From NCBI RefSeq assembly GCF_000143415.4, contig NW_003314312.1:315261-379260 (forward strand): a stretch of DNA of 64,000 nucleotides. The letters are read 5' to 3'. This DNA is from Selaginella moellendorffii (taxonomy: Eukaryota; Plantae; Lycopodiophyta). The notes under the pieces are model-generated. The model searched no databases. It saw only the letters and a list, made by a program, of their open reading frames with translations, and was not told where the DNA came from. Shown here in pieces: positions 49,793 through 62,520 of the stretch (position 1 is the stretch's first letter; the number at the start of each line of letters is the position of its first letter). Both the position numbers and the translations under genes were made by a program.

Positions 49793-51261
49793 ATGGGGAA
49801 CGGTCCCAGCAACCGGAGGAATTCTCGCAGCTCTCAGCAGCAGCAGCAACCGCATCCCAGGGTAGGATCTCCTCCGCATGGCGGCGTCCTGCCGATCGCT
49901 GGAAGCTCTGGCCCGGCATCGCTGGGGCCATATTTCTATTCTCCCAGCTACCATGGACCTCTTCCAGCAGCCATGGGCCCGCAAATCTACCAGCAGGGAT
50001 TCATGCCCAGCAATGGGCAGTACATGATGAACGTTCCTCCTCCAGGCTATCGTCCCGTGAGTCCGGTGGGAGTTTCTCCTCAAATTCCTGGCAGCGCCAC
50101 CGCCGCCGCCGCTATCCCAGTCGCCCATCACCAGAAAGCAAACACGATTCGCAACGACGTCAATCTCCGCAAGGCCACCTTGAGAATCGAGAAGGACGAG
50201 GAAAATCCGGGTTTTTATCTCGTAGCTTTCTCGTTCGATGCCACGGTTCCTGGCAAGTAAGTAAAAGCTCTTGTTCTTTTCTTCTTTAGAAACTTCGTTT
50301 TGGTATCACTTTGCTAACTTTGTTTGTGTTTGCTATGCAGTATATGTATTTTTTTTGTGGCCAAGGAAGGTGTGAATTGCAGCTTGACACCCATGAAGCC
50401 GCAAGTGTTTGATCCTGTCAAGGTCCCCTTTGACAAAGGTCTGGGACAAAAATTCCGGCAAGCACCTGGAACAGGGATAGACTTGTCTCTTTTCGAGGAC
50501 GAGGACTTAGCTCAGGAGGGACAGGACGAAACTTATGCCCTCGTTGTGCGAGCCGAGACTTATTCCAGAGATCCACCGGCTGATGCTCCATCCCGAGACA
50601 CGGAGCCGCTGGGTGCTCCTCTGCCGAAATGGGTCCATTCCCAGACGACTCATGCTGTTGTGGAGCGCAAAGATGGTGGAGAGTATGGTGTCCGGGTGAT
50701 CAAGCAGATCATCTGGGTGGAGGGTGTGCGGTACGAGCTCCAGGAGATTTACGGGATCGAGAATAGCGGTGGTGGCAGCGGGGCCAACTTTGACGACTCG
50801 GGAAAAGAATGCGTGATTTGCATGTCCGAGCCCAGGGACACGACAGTTCTTCCTTGCAGACACATGGTAGGCTGGCTATATATTTCTGGTTTTCATCGCT
50901 CATAGTTTTTTTTTTTCTCTCTCTCTCTCTCTCTCGTTTGCAGTGTATGTGTAGCGAGTGCGCCAAAGTGCTGAGGTTCCAGACGAACCGCTGCCCGATT
51001 TGTAGGTGCCCGGTGGAGCGACTGCTCGAGATCAAGGTTCCGAAGAACGATGCGGAGCAGCAAAGTAAAGAACCGGTTGAATCGAGCTATAGAACGTCAG
51101 CTAGCAAGTCCGAGGAGGACAGTGACGAAAGAGGAGGAGGAGATGCTAGCGCGGAAGTTCCAGCTCCAGCTCCAGCTCCCCTCGACACAGAGAACACTTG
51201 CGGTAGCAGTACCAGACAAGGAGGAGAAGCCACGTCCAAACCACACGACACGAGATCCTAG
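49793..51261 (+). CDS. LOG2/LUL (MGRN1-like) RING E3 ubiquitin ligase, 3 exons
   Basis: MGN myristoylation-type start, DAR2-like [11 protein letters not shown] and [32 protein letters not shown]|CMCSEC..CPIC. Confidence 0.93.
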
Positions 51262-51579
51262 TCACGTAAGCCTATGTTGCTTCGTTCAAAGTCCCGTTAC
51301 TATTTCGTTCTGGTTTGAGAGTTCTGGTGATACACAGAACATGAACCACCGTTTCATATAAATCTCGGTACATTGCCAGCTAAAGCTCGCGTCTCTGGCA
51401 GACGAAACGATTCATACTACTCCACTTAGCTTGGGTTTTTCATGTACAAAGGAGGTGGTGACGAGCGACCTGTACGAGGAGACGACGCTCCGCAAGATCA
51501 CAAAAAATCGCCAGGGAACTTACCTCCATACAGCCACTCGTTCGATCATCGGCGGACGAAGCCTTCTGGAGATTTTCGA

Positions 51580-52874
51580 TCAGCCATCGGAAGTAGAGCT
51601 GGAAACCGGAGTAGACTTTGGCCTTCGTCGCTTGCTGGATCCGTCCTGTGACGCCGAGCTACCATTCCTGTGCTTCTTCTTTTGTTCCCTTTCGTTTCCA
51701 TCGTCTTTATGCTTTCCATCGTCTCGCTGGTGTTTCCGGCTCTCTTGCTTCTCTAGACCATCACCACTACCGTGTAGTTCCGCTGGTGGTGGTGGTGGCG
51801 GAGTTCTATCTGGCTCTTCGCAAACCATCTCCGCTCTCTCATTGCTTCCTCTGTGCCGGTCAGCAGACTTTGGAAGGAAAGGAGACCTCAAACTTACCTC
51901 TGGAGAAGCCATCGTTTCCTCGTCAGGAGGACCTCCTGTGCTTGCTACCACTTTCGGATCATCGTCCACTTTCCCTTGGAGTTCTTCGTTCCCGATCGTC
52001 TCATCGCAAGTCACTGGGTCCTTTCGAGGAGAGTCGGGCTTTCTCTCATTGTTCTCCACCTCTTCTTTGTCTTTCAAGGGAGGACTTTTGCGATCCTCTG
52101 GGCTCACAGAACGGTGCCTCCGCCTCTTGCCATCGTCTCTCCTGTGCGATGGCGACACACTCCTCCGGGACCGCCGGTGGGACGTAGAAGCCCGCTGGTT
52201 ATAGTCCCTGTCCCTGGATGGTCTATACGAAGAACGACTGCCCCTGTAGTGATCCTCGCCACCACCTCTATGATACGAGTACCTTCGATCACTACCGCGG
52301 TAGCGACCACTCCTTCCGAAACGCTCGCTTCGGTACCTCACTGGAGAACCCGAGAGTGATCGTCGCCTGTGACGAGGCGGCGGCGAGTTTCTTCGGTGGT
52401 GGTGCCGAGCAGGAGACCGAGACCTCGATCTGGAACTTCTAAACGAATCTGGAGATTGCCTGTGGAAACAAAAAATTTCTTTCCCCGGTTAGTCCTCGAA
52501 GAACAAAGGAAGGAAAAATCGAGAGAGGGAGAGAGAGCTTACTTGGATTTGCTCGCATCTGCGGCTTTCTCTTCCTCATCGCCAGCGCTAGGGTCGTCGG
52601 ATTTGAGCTGCTTGCTGATCAATGCCGCTCGAGCAACCGCAAGGTCCGAGGCGACCTTGAGATTGGCGGCGCGGACGGCGGCTTGCTGCGATGCCATCAT
52701 CTGCTGGACCATGAGCGCCTGCTGGAATTGGAACTGCTGCTTGGCGATGGCCTGGACCGCGGCCGCCGACGGCGAGGGCTGCTGCTGCGCGCTCATGGCG
52801 GCATTCATCGACGCGGTCGCCTGCATCAATCGCAGCACCTCGCTGCTAAGATCCACATTCTGATTGGCCGCCAT
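51580..52874 (-). CDS. Arg/Ser-rich protein resembling the C-terminal half of plant SREK1-like RRM proteins, 2 exons
   Basis: QQFQFQQALMVQQ..QQAAVRAA..SDLAVARAALIS followed by an RS-rich tail. Intron at ~52460-52542. Confidence 0.7.
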
Positions 52875-52929
52875 AGCCAGCGCGCGATTCCCTACCTAGA
52901 GCTCTCCCCACCTCAGTGCGCCATGGAGG

Positions 52930-52955
52930 AAACCCTAGCAAGGAAAGAACCCTAA
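52930..52955. promoter_or_regulatory. Telo-box-like AACCCTA motifs in a divergent promoter (similar motifs near 27560, 31646, 47285, 48676, 49363, 55536, 61612)
   Basis: AACCCTA/TAGGG motifs recur just upstream of many genes in this window. Confidence 0.55.
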
Positions 52956-53100
52956 CTCCTAGTTTGTAGCTAACAAAGGTGTTTAGCAGCAAACGATTAA
53001 TTAAGGTTTTGATTGATTTCAAAACTAATTATTACTTATTTAACTTTAACTCTAATTAATTAGATTTCTTGGCGTGAGAACTTCCGGAGTTCTTGGAAGA

Positions 53101-54299
53101 ATGTATCACCCCGAGCCATCCAGGTACCAAAAGCTCGAGAGTTTTATCTCTTTCTCCGCGAGCTCGCTCAAGATTCGTCGCGTTTTTCCAGAGTCCAGGA
53201 GGTGAATAGAGCTGACGGCGATGCGCTCAAGCCGCCATCGCAGAGCCATGTCGTTGCTGGAGTGGATCTCGAAGTTTTCGGCAAGGCCGCCACTGGAACT
53301 GGGAATCCTAGCACACAGCGAGGCGATTGTAAGCTCTTCGATGAATTTGATACTTACTCAGTTCTCGATCGTTTTTGATGGATTCCAGGCCCCTTCTCGC
53401 AGCGAATCTACATGGAGTTGGAAGGTAAGCATCGAAGGAGAAGAGATATAAACAGGCTTGGTTTTTCTTCTTCTTACCAGAGAAGAGGCTGCCTTACAAA
53501 GCCACGTACATTCAAGAAGGTCCTGACAAGCCTGCATGGTACACTAGAATTTGCAGCTTCACCTTGTTTAGTTAGATCGTCGTGGCTAACAGGTTCATGG
53601 AGAAGAACCCCTCGGGTCTTATGCCCGTTTTGCGAGATGGCTCCGAATGGATCCAAGACTCGGAGAGGATCTTCGAGCACTTGGAGGCCAAGTTTCCAAA
53701 TCCTGCTCTAAAGACTCCGGACGAGTTTAAAGACGTGTAAGTTCGACTGCCACAATGACACATTCTCACCGCATATTTTCTCTTCTCGCAGAGGATCGGG
53801 AATCTTTCCTAGGTTCGTGGAGTGGCTCAAGTCCAAAGACCAAGCTCATCCAGCCAAACAGGATCTGATAAAAGAACTCCTATCGTTTAATCAGCACCTG
53901 CAAAAGCATGTAAGTAGGAAGTTGATGAAATCAAATCTTTTGGGAACACTTACATGGATCGAGTGGTGAAAGGGTCCGTACATTGCTGGAGAAAAACCAA
54001 CAGACTCGGATTTCACAGTAGCACCGAAGCTCCGACACGCTCGAGTAGCACTGGGCCAGATTATGGGATTCGCTTTCCCTGAAAAGCTTGAAGCACTTCA
54101 CAAGTATATAGAGGTTTGTAGAACTTTTCACCAAGAAAAACTCACGGGACTTGCAAGGCTTTAACTGGATTGGTTCGATCAATCTTCACAGCTTATGGAA
54201 GCTCGTCCAAGCTTTATCCACACGGACTCTCCCGACGAGATGATAATCTGCGGGTGGAGGAAGAAGTTCAGCTTACCTGAGAAACTAGATTACGAATAA
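53101..54299 (+). CDS. DHAR: Dehydroascorbate reductase (DHAR-class GST), multi-exon
   Basis: DLEVFGKAA...GDC|PFSQR active site, NPSGLMPVL, WIQDSE, GPYIAGEK, APKL..ARVALG. Confidence 0.88.
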
Positions 54300-54512
54300 T
54301 GTTGAACTAGCTGAATGTTAGTGAAGCTCTTTCTTTTCGTTCTGAGAAGAAGAAAAGCGTCAAAGAATGAAGAGAAACGAGACTGAGATACTTGCGCTAT
54401 GAAGACAAAAATCAAAAAATGAGAAAAAAAAATCAGCTTGCCTGAGAAAATCGATTACGTATGTATACAAGTCGCGATGATGCTGGAAGTGTACATGGTA
54501 AGTTAAGAAACT

Positions 54513-55515
54513 TCAGAGAATCTCTTTCCTTATTTTTAGTTGCACGGAGATCATTCCGGGTCGTGGCTCCGTGTATCTGTAGCTGTGAGATGAGAAAAGG
54601 TGTGAAAAGATACAAAGAGCTGGTGTGGTGCGAGGGTGATACTTGTTAGTGATGAGAAAGTTGGTCACGGCAGTGGGAATCGCAGGCCCATCGCGACTGT
54701 GCGATCCAGTTCCTGGAAAAGAGAGAGAGAACGAAAAAGAAAGATCAATGGATGCAAGAGAACGAACAAGCTATTAGAAAGAAGTAACTTACCTGTGATG
54801 ACTGTGAGATGGCTCCTGTGTAAGGAGGAAGAGATTTGATCCTCGAGCTCCGCTAGCCTTTGCTGGAGAACAGCCACTGCCTCGCGAACATGGAGGCCGT
54901 GCAAATCGATCGTCCCTGCCGGAAGCGCGGCCTCCTGGTTCCTGAGTTTCATGATCTCCGCCGCGGCCTCCAAGTTGAGCTTCTCTGCGAGCGCGCGTTC
55001 TTGCCGGCTCTGCCGTGACAGCTCCTTGGCCCTGTGATGATCGCCGCGCTGGAATGCAGTGGCGGCGGATCGCGCGTGCCGGCTCATCAGCCTGCTCGAT
55101 CCAATCCAAGAACATATCAAAATATTTCGAGTCGATCGATCCAGAATCTAGAAGCGGCATCGCTCTACCTTGACGCTTTGATCGCATCCTTGCGAAGCTG
55201 ATGGTAAGAATCGCCGCTACTCGACGCCATAGCCAAATCGCTGGTGGAGCTGGAGGAGCTCGCAGCCGCGCCCTGCAAATCTCCCACCGCAAGCTCTTTC
55301 TGGCGCAGTGGCGCGGATTCTCCATCGCTCCCGCGATTGAAAGGATCCACAGCGCTGGCGTAGCTCGCTGGAATCTCCTCTGCTTGGCTCGCCCTAGAAT
55401 GTGCCGTACCTAGAGGCGGGAATGGATCTATGGCAGCCTGGTCGATGGCCATGCCGTACATCGTTTTCGTGAAAGAAGACCATCCTTGTGGTCGATGGTG
55501 CCCATCATCGGCCAT
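54513..55515 (-). CDS. DUF1771-Smr domain protein, multi-exon
   Basis: ARSAATAFQRGDHHRAKELS, IDLHGLHVREAV, LTVITG|TGSHS, YTEPRPGMISV. Confidence 0.88.
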
Positions 55516-55580
55516 AGCCAAATTACTCTGTTTTTTAGGGCTTTATTTTCCTTTGCCCTAGATTATCGAGCGCGATCGTC

Positions 55581-57349
55581 ATGGCTTCCTTCGGCGCACT
55601 CCAGGAGGAGGTTTTCGCTCGCCAGCAACGAAAGCAGTGAGCTCGATCTTATCTTGCTTGTTTCCTTGATCTATTCCGGCATTCTTTGCTAGGCACTTCG
55701 ATTCATACATCAAGGGATTGAATGCTTACGAGCGGCACAAGAAGTTCATGCGCGATTATGGTATGTTCTTGGGAATTTTTTTCCTTGCTCGTGCTAGAGT
55801 CCCTCGATTGTTTTCTTCCTTCGTATAGTGATGTGCTTGTGATTTAAATTTCGATAGGGATTATGATATGTTCTTGGGATTTCTTTTTTCCTTTCTCGTG
55901 CTAGAATGTCTCGATTTTTTTCTTCCTCTGTAGATGTGCTTGTGATATAAATTTCGATAGAGCTATACTTGCGAATGTTTTTCAATGTGAGAACTATGCT
56001 TGCGCTGGCTCTTCTCGTGAAGTTTTACGAGAGAGTTAGATGAGAGATACTTTAGAAAGAGCTCCTGAGCTGTGAGCTCTTGTTGTTCTTCTCATCTCAA
56101 CACTTGGTCACTGGAGTTGGAACAACGCTCGCCAATATTGTTTTGGCAGAGGGCTACACATCTCCGAAAATTCTGTTCTTGTCAATTTTTCTTAGTGTTT
56201 AATTCTCTTGCTTTTGCAAAACAGTGCACCATTATGGAGCTCCATCGCAGCAGCCCATCCGGCCGATAAAAACCGATGCAGACACTTTGCGAGAAACTTA
56301 CAGGTCTCTTCACATTTTTCTTTTCAGTGCACGTATCAGAACTCACTGTTGCTTGCTTCCATGCCCTGTAGATTCATACGCTCGGAAGAAGACGATTCGG
56401 AAAGAAGCTGGGAGCAGCGGCTTGCTAAACGCTACTATGACAAGCTTTTCAAGGAGTATGTTTGCTGAATGCGTTTTCGCTGTCTAATCGTGACCATTGC
56501 CTTAGATATTGTTTAGCAGACATGTCCCGCTACAAAGAAAGCAAGGTTTGTTTTACTTCTCTTGCCAAGAAAAAAAAATAACACAGCTCTACAATCACAG
56601 GTGGGCTTGAGGTGGCGGACTGAGAAAGAAGTCATCGCTGGGAAAGGTAAGCAAACGTTCGAGGTAGAACCTTGTTTAGCTAATATCTTCATTTTGTACT
56701 ATCCAGGCCAGTTTATCTGTGGAAACAAGGATTGCAATGCTAAGGAGGAGCTTTGCAGCTATGAGGCACGTCTAGCTCACCTTTTGGAGACCTTTAGGTA
56801 GCAGCCTTCTTGGGATTTGTCATTGTGCTTGATCCGATCACACTTTGCTGTTGGTTTTCTGGTCCTCTAGTTTTCTGGATATCGACCATTTGTTTGGCAG
56901 GTGAATTTTGTCTACAAGGAAGCTGGTGAAAGCAAGCAAGCACTGGTAAAATTGCGGCTCTGTCCGGGGTAAGCTAAGATGGTTTTTAATCTTTTGATAC
57001 CAGCTAAAGAGTGCACTTCGTGTGCTCAGCTGTGCGTACAAGCTTAACTACAAAAAGGAGAAGGAGAAGAAGCGGCAGATGAGAAAGGAGCAGAAAGAAG
57101 AAACCAAGAAGAAAAGAAGGTGAGAACACTGCTCGCTCTTCAATAGCTAGTGAATAAGATACATTGTCCTTGCAGAGTTTCAGAAGAGGAAGAAACTCCC
57201 GGAAGAGCTCCTCGCGGTGCTGATCAAAACGTTGCTCAAGGTACGCACGAGTTCTTTCTATTTTTCCAATCCCCCATCCTCGCACAGGCCCATCCGAGGA
57301 GCGAGACAAAGACGAGTACGCCGAGTACTTCAAAGGCATGTTTTCATAG
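55581..57349 (+). CDS. FRA10AC1: FRA10AC1-like spliceosome-associated protein, multi-exon
   Basis: WEQRLAKRYYDKLFKE|YCLADMSRYK, GLRWRTEKEV..GK|GQFICGN, YE|VNFVYKEAGE..ALVKLRLC. Confidence 0.92.
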
Positions 57350-57450
57350 AAACTGGTTAACTGGCTATTGTTTTTGCATCACTGTACACTTGGAAGAAGA
57401 AAGAACCACCAAAATTGGGTGGAAGAACAAGAAAAAAGAAGCTCCCGACT

Positions 57451-60400
57451 CTAGCAAAGTTCCGGCTCCTGCTTCACGCAAATCCCCCGCGAGCTTATAC
57501 CCCACGAGTTCATGTCTTCCAATCCTTTGCTTCCATCTTCCTCGGCCAGAAGCGTCGCAACGCTCGTCCCCCAGCTCCTCCTCGTCGATCCACAGTTTTG
57601 TATACTCTCCTCCACCTTTGCTATCCTCTCTTGGATCTTCCTCCCGTGGACCAGGCACTCGTCGGCTTCTTCCCTCACGGCCATCTCCAAAGACTTGGAA
57701 TCCGACGTCGACAGCCTCAGGTTCGTCTTCTTCACTTCTCTCGCCTTGACCACTTCGGAGGATGGCAGGAACTCGAGCGAGCCGTGGAGGATGGTGGACG
57801 CTGCTCGCTTGCACGAGTCGCACGCAAAATGTGGACGACGCACGGGGCTGCTGGATTCCTTGGACTTGGTGATACTGGATTGCCTCTCGGAGTTGTCCTT
57901 CTTGAACGACGCTAGCACCCGGAACACTTTGACGAGCTCCGCCCCGAGCGCTCCGCATTTCCTCTCCGCGACCGAGGCGCCCTCCAGCGCCGACTGAGCG
58001 CTGACGCTTACGTGCTCCACTTTCGTGTCGAGCATCCTGTTCGAAGAGCTTGTGAGATTCTTGCAAAGAAATAGAGAAGATTGTTCTTTCTCGTACCTGA
58101 TGTTTGCGTACGTCGCAGAGGCTACGTGTTCTAGATGGCTTTCCAAGCTTGTGACTCTCGTATCCAGCCGGAGTTCTTCGTTCTCCACCCTTCTCTTGGT
58201 CGTGCTCGAGAGCTTTCCTTTCACTTGCGACTTCGCCACCTTTTCCTTCTCCACAGGCGCGGCGCTCTTGCTTCTACTCGACTGCTCCAGCGCGTCCATC
58301 CTCTTCTCCAAGTCCGTCAAGAGCTTCGCGGTTTCGTGCGTCCGGTCGCTGTCCATATGATCGCTGCTGGTGTTCTCGGCCAGAGTTTTCCTCATGCCCG
58401 CCATCTCGTCTAGCAAGTCGCGAGCCTCGGACGAAACCGACGACGCCTTGGCAGCAAACTCGGCAGCCATGCTCCTCTGCCTATCAACTTCACACACGGC
58501 GTCCCTGAGCCGCTCCTGGAGCTCCTCGGCTCTTCGTTTGGCCTCTGCGGCTGCCGCAACCGCCGACTCGGTCTCTCTCGTCATGTCGATGCTTGTTCTC
58601 TTGAGCTCGCACGCCGCCACCGAGAACGAGTCCCTCTCCATCGCCAGGCTCTCCTGGAGTCTCCCAGTCCGCCTGTATCTGCTGCTCGTGAGTGAATCGT
58701 CGGAGTGCTTCAAAACTTCCGAGAGAGCTTCCTCGGCCTTGATCGCTGCTGCTGCTGCGTCCGACGCTGCAGCCGATGCTAAACGTTTCTCCTTCTCGGC
58801 GATCGCCACCGCGTCCTCGAGCATATATCTGTGCGTGTCCTGCTTCCTTTCCATGCTCGATAGCCTCGACTCCAAGTCGTCGATCATGATGTCCCTGGAA
58901 GTGTTCCGGCTTGCGGCGGGAGAATCTATCGAGCGTCGCCTCACTTCTTTCAGCTGATGCTCGATCGCCTCGATCTTGTCCTGGCACTTCATGTCGAGGT
59001 TGAACAGCGCCATCCTCGACTCCTCCAGCCCGGCCATATGCATGAGCTCCTGTTTGCTCTCCAAGTGAGCCATCCTTGACTCAACCTCCTCGAGACTCGC
59101 GGCTCCTCTGGAAGAAGATCGAGAGCACGGAACGCTCTCCTGCCTCTGCCTGAATTCCCTCAGCTGGTCCTCCAGTTCCTCCACCTTGTCCTGGCACTTG
59201 ATCTTGACATTCAACACGTCCATTCTCACCTCGTCCAGGCCGCCGAGGTAGAGCTTGGACAGATTCTCGACTCGGTCCATGATCAGCATCTTCTCCTGCG
59301 AGGCCTCGTCCCGGATCCTGTCAGCCGATCTTCTCATGCTCCCCCTGTCGACTTTGAACGTCTCCTCCAGGCCTTTCAAGCCTTGGAAGTCGATCTTCAT
59401 CTGCATGGCTTCGTCCTTGAGCTTGCCGAGGACGTGCTTTAGCTCGTCCATGTCCGACTCACATCCTTTTCGAAACTCGTCCGCCTCCACTCTTGCCTGA
59501 AGTCCCTCCTTCTTCATGCTCTGGAGCTGTTTCCTCAAGTAGCCATTCTCGGTCCTGATGTTTATCTGCTCCGTGCTCATGGTTTCCCTGTCGTTCTCCA
59601 CGATTTGAGCGATCTGCTCAAAGTGACTCTCGAGCTCCACCCTTCCTTTCGAAAGTAGCTCCACCTCCGCCTTTAGAAGACGGAGCTCGTCTTTCAAAGG
59701 CTTCTCTTTCGTCTCCGTCCTGTCAGAGAGACACTTCTCCACTGTCTCCTTGATCACATTTTCCATCCAGTGCCTGTCACCTTTCTTCGAAATCTCCACT
59801 CTTAGCCCATCCATGTCCTTCACTATACTCTCCTCAAGGGCATCCACCGAATTCACCAGCTTGTGCGAGAAATTCTCGCGCTTCTTGGCTTCCTCCTGTA
59901 CGTTCCGCCGAAGAACCACAAGATCGCCTTCGGTCTCATCCCTCAAAAACTCTATCTCTTTCTCCAACGCATTAACTCGTCCCCGCCATCTTTTCCCTTC
60001 TTCCTCGAGACGTATTCTAAAACCATCCAGCGAGCCTCGGAGATCTCTAACAATCTTGACGTTCCCATTCTTGCTCTCATCGTAAAGAACACTGCGACTC
60101 TCTGAAGTGTCAGCACCATCGTACGACAACGAGAGTGACTTATCATCGGAAACCTTCCCTGGAGGAGCTCGATCGTCCAGCTTCTGGCTTTTCTGATACA
60201 CGAAGTTGTCCCAGACTCTATCTTCTCTTGTATTCCCTGATCCTCTGTCCAAAAAACCTCTTTTCAACCCCGAGTTCCTGCGGCTTCTTTGCAAGACTGG
60301 CTCGGACTCCTCTGTCCTGCTTCTGTAGTACTCGTCAGTATCATCTAAGAGCTTGTGACGATCACGGCGTGCGCTGCCAATATCGTCATAACTCTTTCGG

Positions 60401-61528
60401 AGGTCAAACAGGCCGGATCTTTCTTTCCTCTGATCCGCGGCATCACTGAAGAGTTTATCCGACTTTCCTGGATCCAATCCCACGTTAAAAGGCAACAAAA
60501 CTTGAATGGAAGAGTGTAGTACCTGTCGGCAAAGAACGCGTCGAGTCCCGGACTCCAGAAGCTGGAAGCCTCGCAGGAGGAGCAGTCCCAGACTCACTGC
60601 TCTCAACCGTTCTTCGATTTTTCTGAAGAGCACTCGGTAGTTTCTTCGGCAAGTAGTAAACCGGCGGCTTCTCGTCAGCAAACGTGTAGACATCGTGTAG
60701 CTTCGCCTCCCAATCCTTCAAGGCCGTTCCCTTGGGCCTCTTCCTGAGTTTCGAAACATCCACGGTGGCCTCAGTCTCCTCGGACTCTAGCTTACCACCA
60801 TTTTCACCTGGTGGCGATGGTGGCGATGGTGGCGAGTGATCAGTCTTCTTCTTTGGAGAGCCAGGCCTCCTCTTCCCCGGCGACTCTGCCCGCTTCGCAG
60901 CGTTGGTTTTCTTCGAAGCTTGCTGCTGAGGCTTGAGCAGTGATGTCGCTCGAGGCGACTTAACTGGCCGCGAGAGTTTCTTCTCCACCGTGGTTGCTGC
61001 CTTGGGCCGGCTCGGAGCTCTCCACGAGGACGACGACTTTCTCGGAGAGCCAGGCCCGGATTTCTTCGGAGAAGAACCAGCGAGCTTTTTCGGAGATCCA
61101 GCCTTCTTGGTCGGAGAAGCCGCTCGCTTTGGAGACGCTGCTTTCTTCGTCGGCGATGTTGACGATGATACAGCCTTCTTCTTCTGTGACTGTGACTGTG
61201 ACTGTGACTTCCCAGATTTCTCTCCACCGCCCTCCAAGAGCTCCTGGATTCTTCGCCGTGCCTCTACCAATCCAACATGGAGCTCTCTCACCGCCTTGTC
61301 ACCACGTCTCTCGCAATACTCCTTGTGTGCCGGCAAAGCGCACGCTACCAGAGCTTCAAACCTTCTCAAATGCTGGAGCTCCTCCTCGCTGCCACCGCTG
61401 CTCTCGGGAGAATTTGGCTGGAGCCGAGCTAGCGTCGCCTTTTTCAGGCACAATCTCGCGCTGCGGATGTAGAAGCTGAGCGGCAGACCACCGGACGAAG
61501 ATCTCTGGCCCTGCTGATCCACCTCCAT
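57451..61528 (-). CDS. Large (~1300 aa) coiled-coil protein with an N-terminal USP8-dimer/AMSH-MIT-like domain
   Basis: ORFs 60485-61528 and 57451-60693 are joined by a GT-AG intron at 60468-60522 (PTG|KSDK). Likely in-frame intron at 58037-58096. N-terminus FYIRSA..LRRFEALV..LPAHKEY, then an SPKK-rich linker and a heptad-rich body. Confidence 0.75.
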
Positions 61529-61944
61529 TCGCGCCTAAGAGGATAGCTCCATCAATCCGCGACTACTCACCAAGAACTTACCTCGATCACATCCTTCAAC
61601 GAGCTGGATCAAACCCTAGACAGGCCCTGCCGATCTTCATGCGCGAGAATCCGGAGCTCCTAGCGAAGTGATCGCCAAGGAGTAGTCGAAAAGAATCCAG
61701 CTCCCGAGCTCCATCGCGCTGCCACATTGCTTCTTGACCGTTTGTAGGGTTCCAGTTAGTTACAATAGAATCTTTTGAATTTATTTTAGAATCTTTTGGT
61801 AATAAAATTTACATTGATATTGTGTGTTCTTAGATGATCTTCTTCATGAATTTGTCTTACTTCTCGTGCAATCTCTTGAACTGAGGTTGGTTGAACAATT
61901 TTTGGTTTACTTAAAAGCAAAACCAAGGGGATTGAGGTGGTAAT

Positions 61945-62299
61945 GAATATATTTACCATTTAACAATTATTATTCATTTAGATTAATTTTGTATTTATAA
62001 TTTATAAAATTTCTTAAACGCTTTTTAATATATTCTTGTTTATTCTACCATCTAATGGTTGATATGAAACCTTTGCTCAGGTTTGCATGTAATAAGATTA
62101 ATCTTGATTTATAGATTATAAACATATTGATCAATTAGAATATTTAATAAGCATGTTTGTAATTTATAAACACAATATTTCATATCAACCATTAGATGAT
62201 AGAATAAAACAGAATATATTAAAATGGTTAAGAAAGTTTATAAATTATAAATACAAGATTAATCTAAATAAATAACAACCGTTAGATGGTAGAATATTC
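61945..62299. mobile_element. AT-rich foldback/MITE-like element with ~125-bp inverted arms
   Basis: 61945-62070 is approximately the reverse complement of 62178-62299 (e.g. TTCTACCATCTAATGGTTGATATGAAA / TTTCATATCAACCATTAGATGATAGAA). Confidence 0.8.
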
Positions 62300-62520
62300 T
62301 GAAATATTTAAACATATTCTAAATACCGACAGATTTGCTTAAAAGCAAATTAAAAATATTAATTAAAAATAATACTACTATTAAGCAAATCAAGTGCAAT
62401 TCATCAACTTTTTGGGGAGAATTTGCTGTTGCTGCTTTGGTGCGCGTGATTTCGTCACCAAGCAAAGGCTCAGGGCGCACGATTCCAAATGTGTTTCCCG
62501 CACTCGAGAATTGCTAGGAT

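Noticed and set aside
60485-60693. Programmed frameshift or overlapping genes
   Set aside because: A canonical GT-AG intron at 60468-60522 joins the frames.
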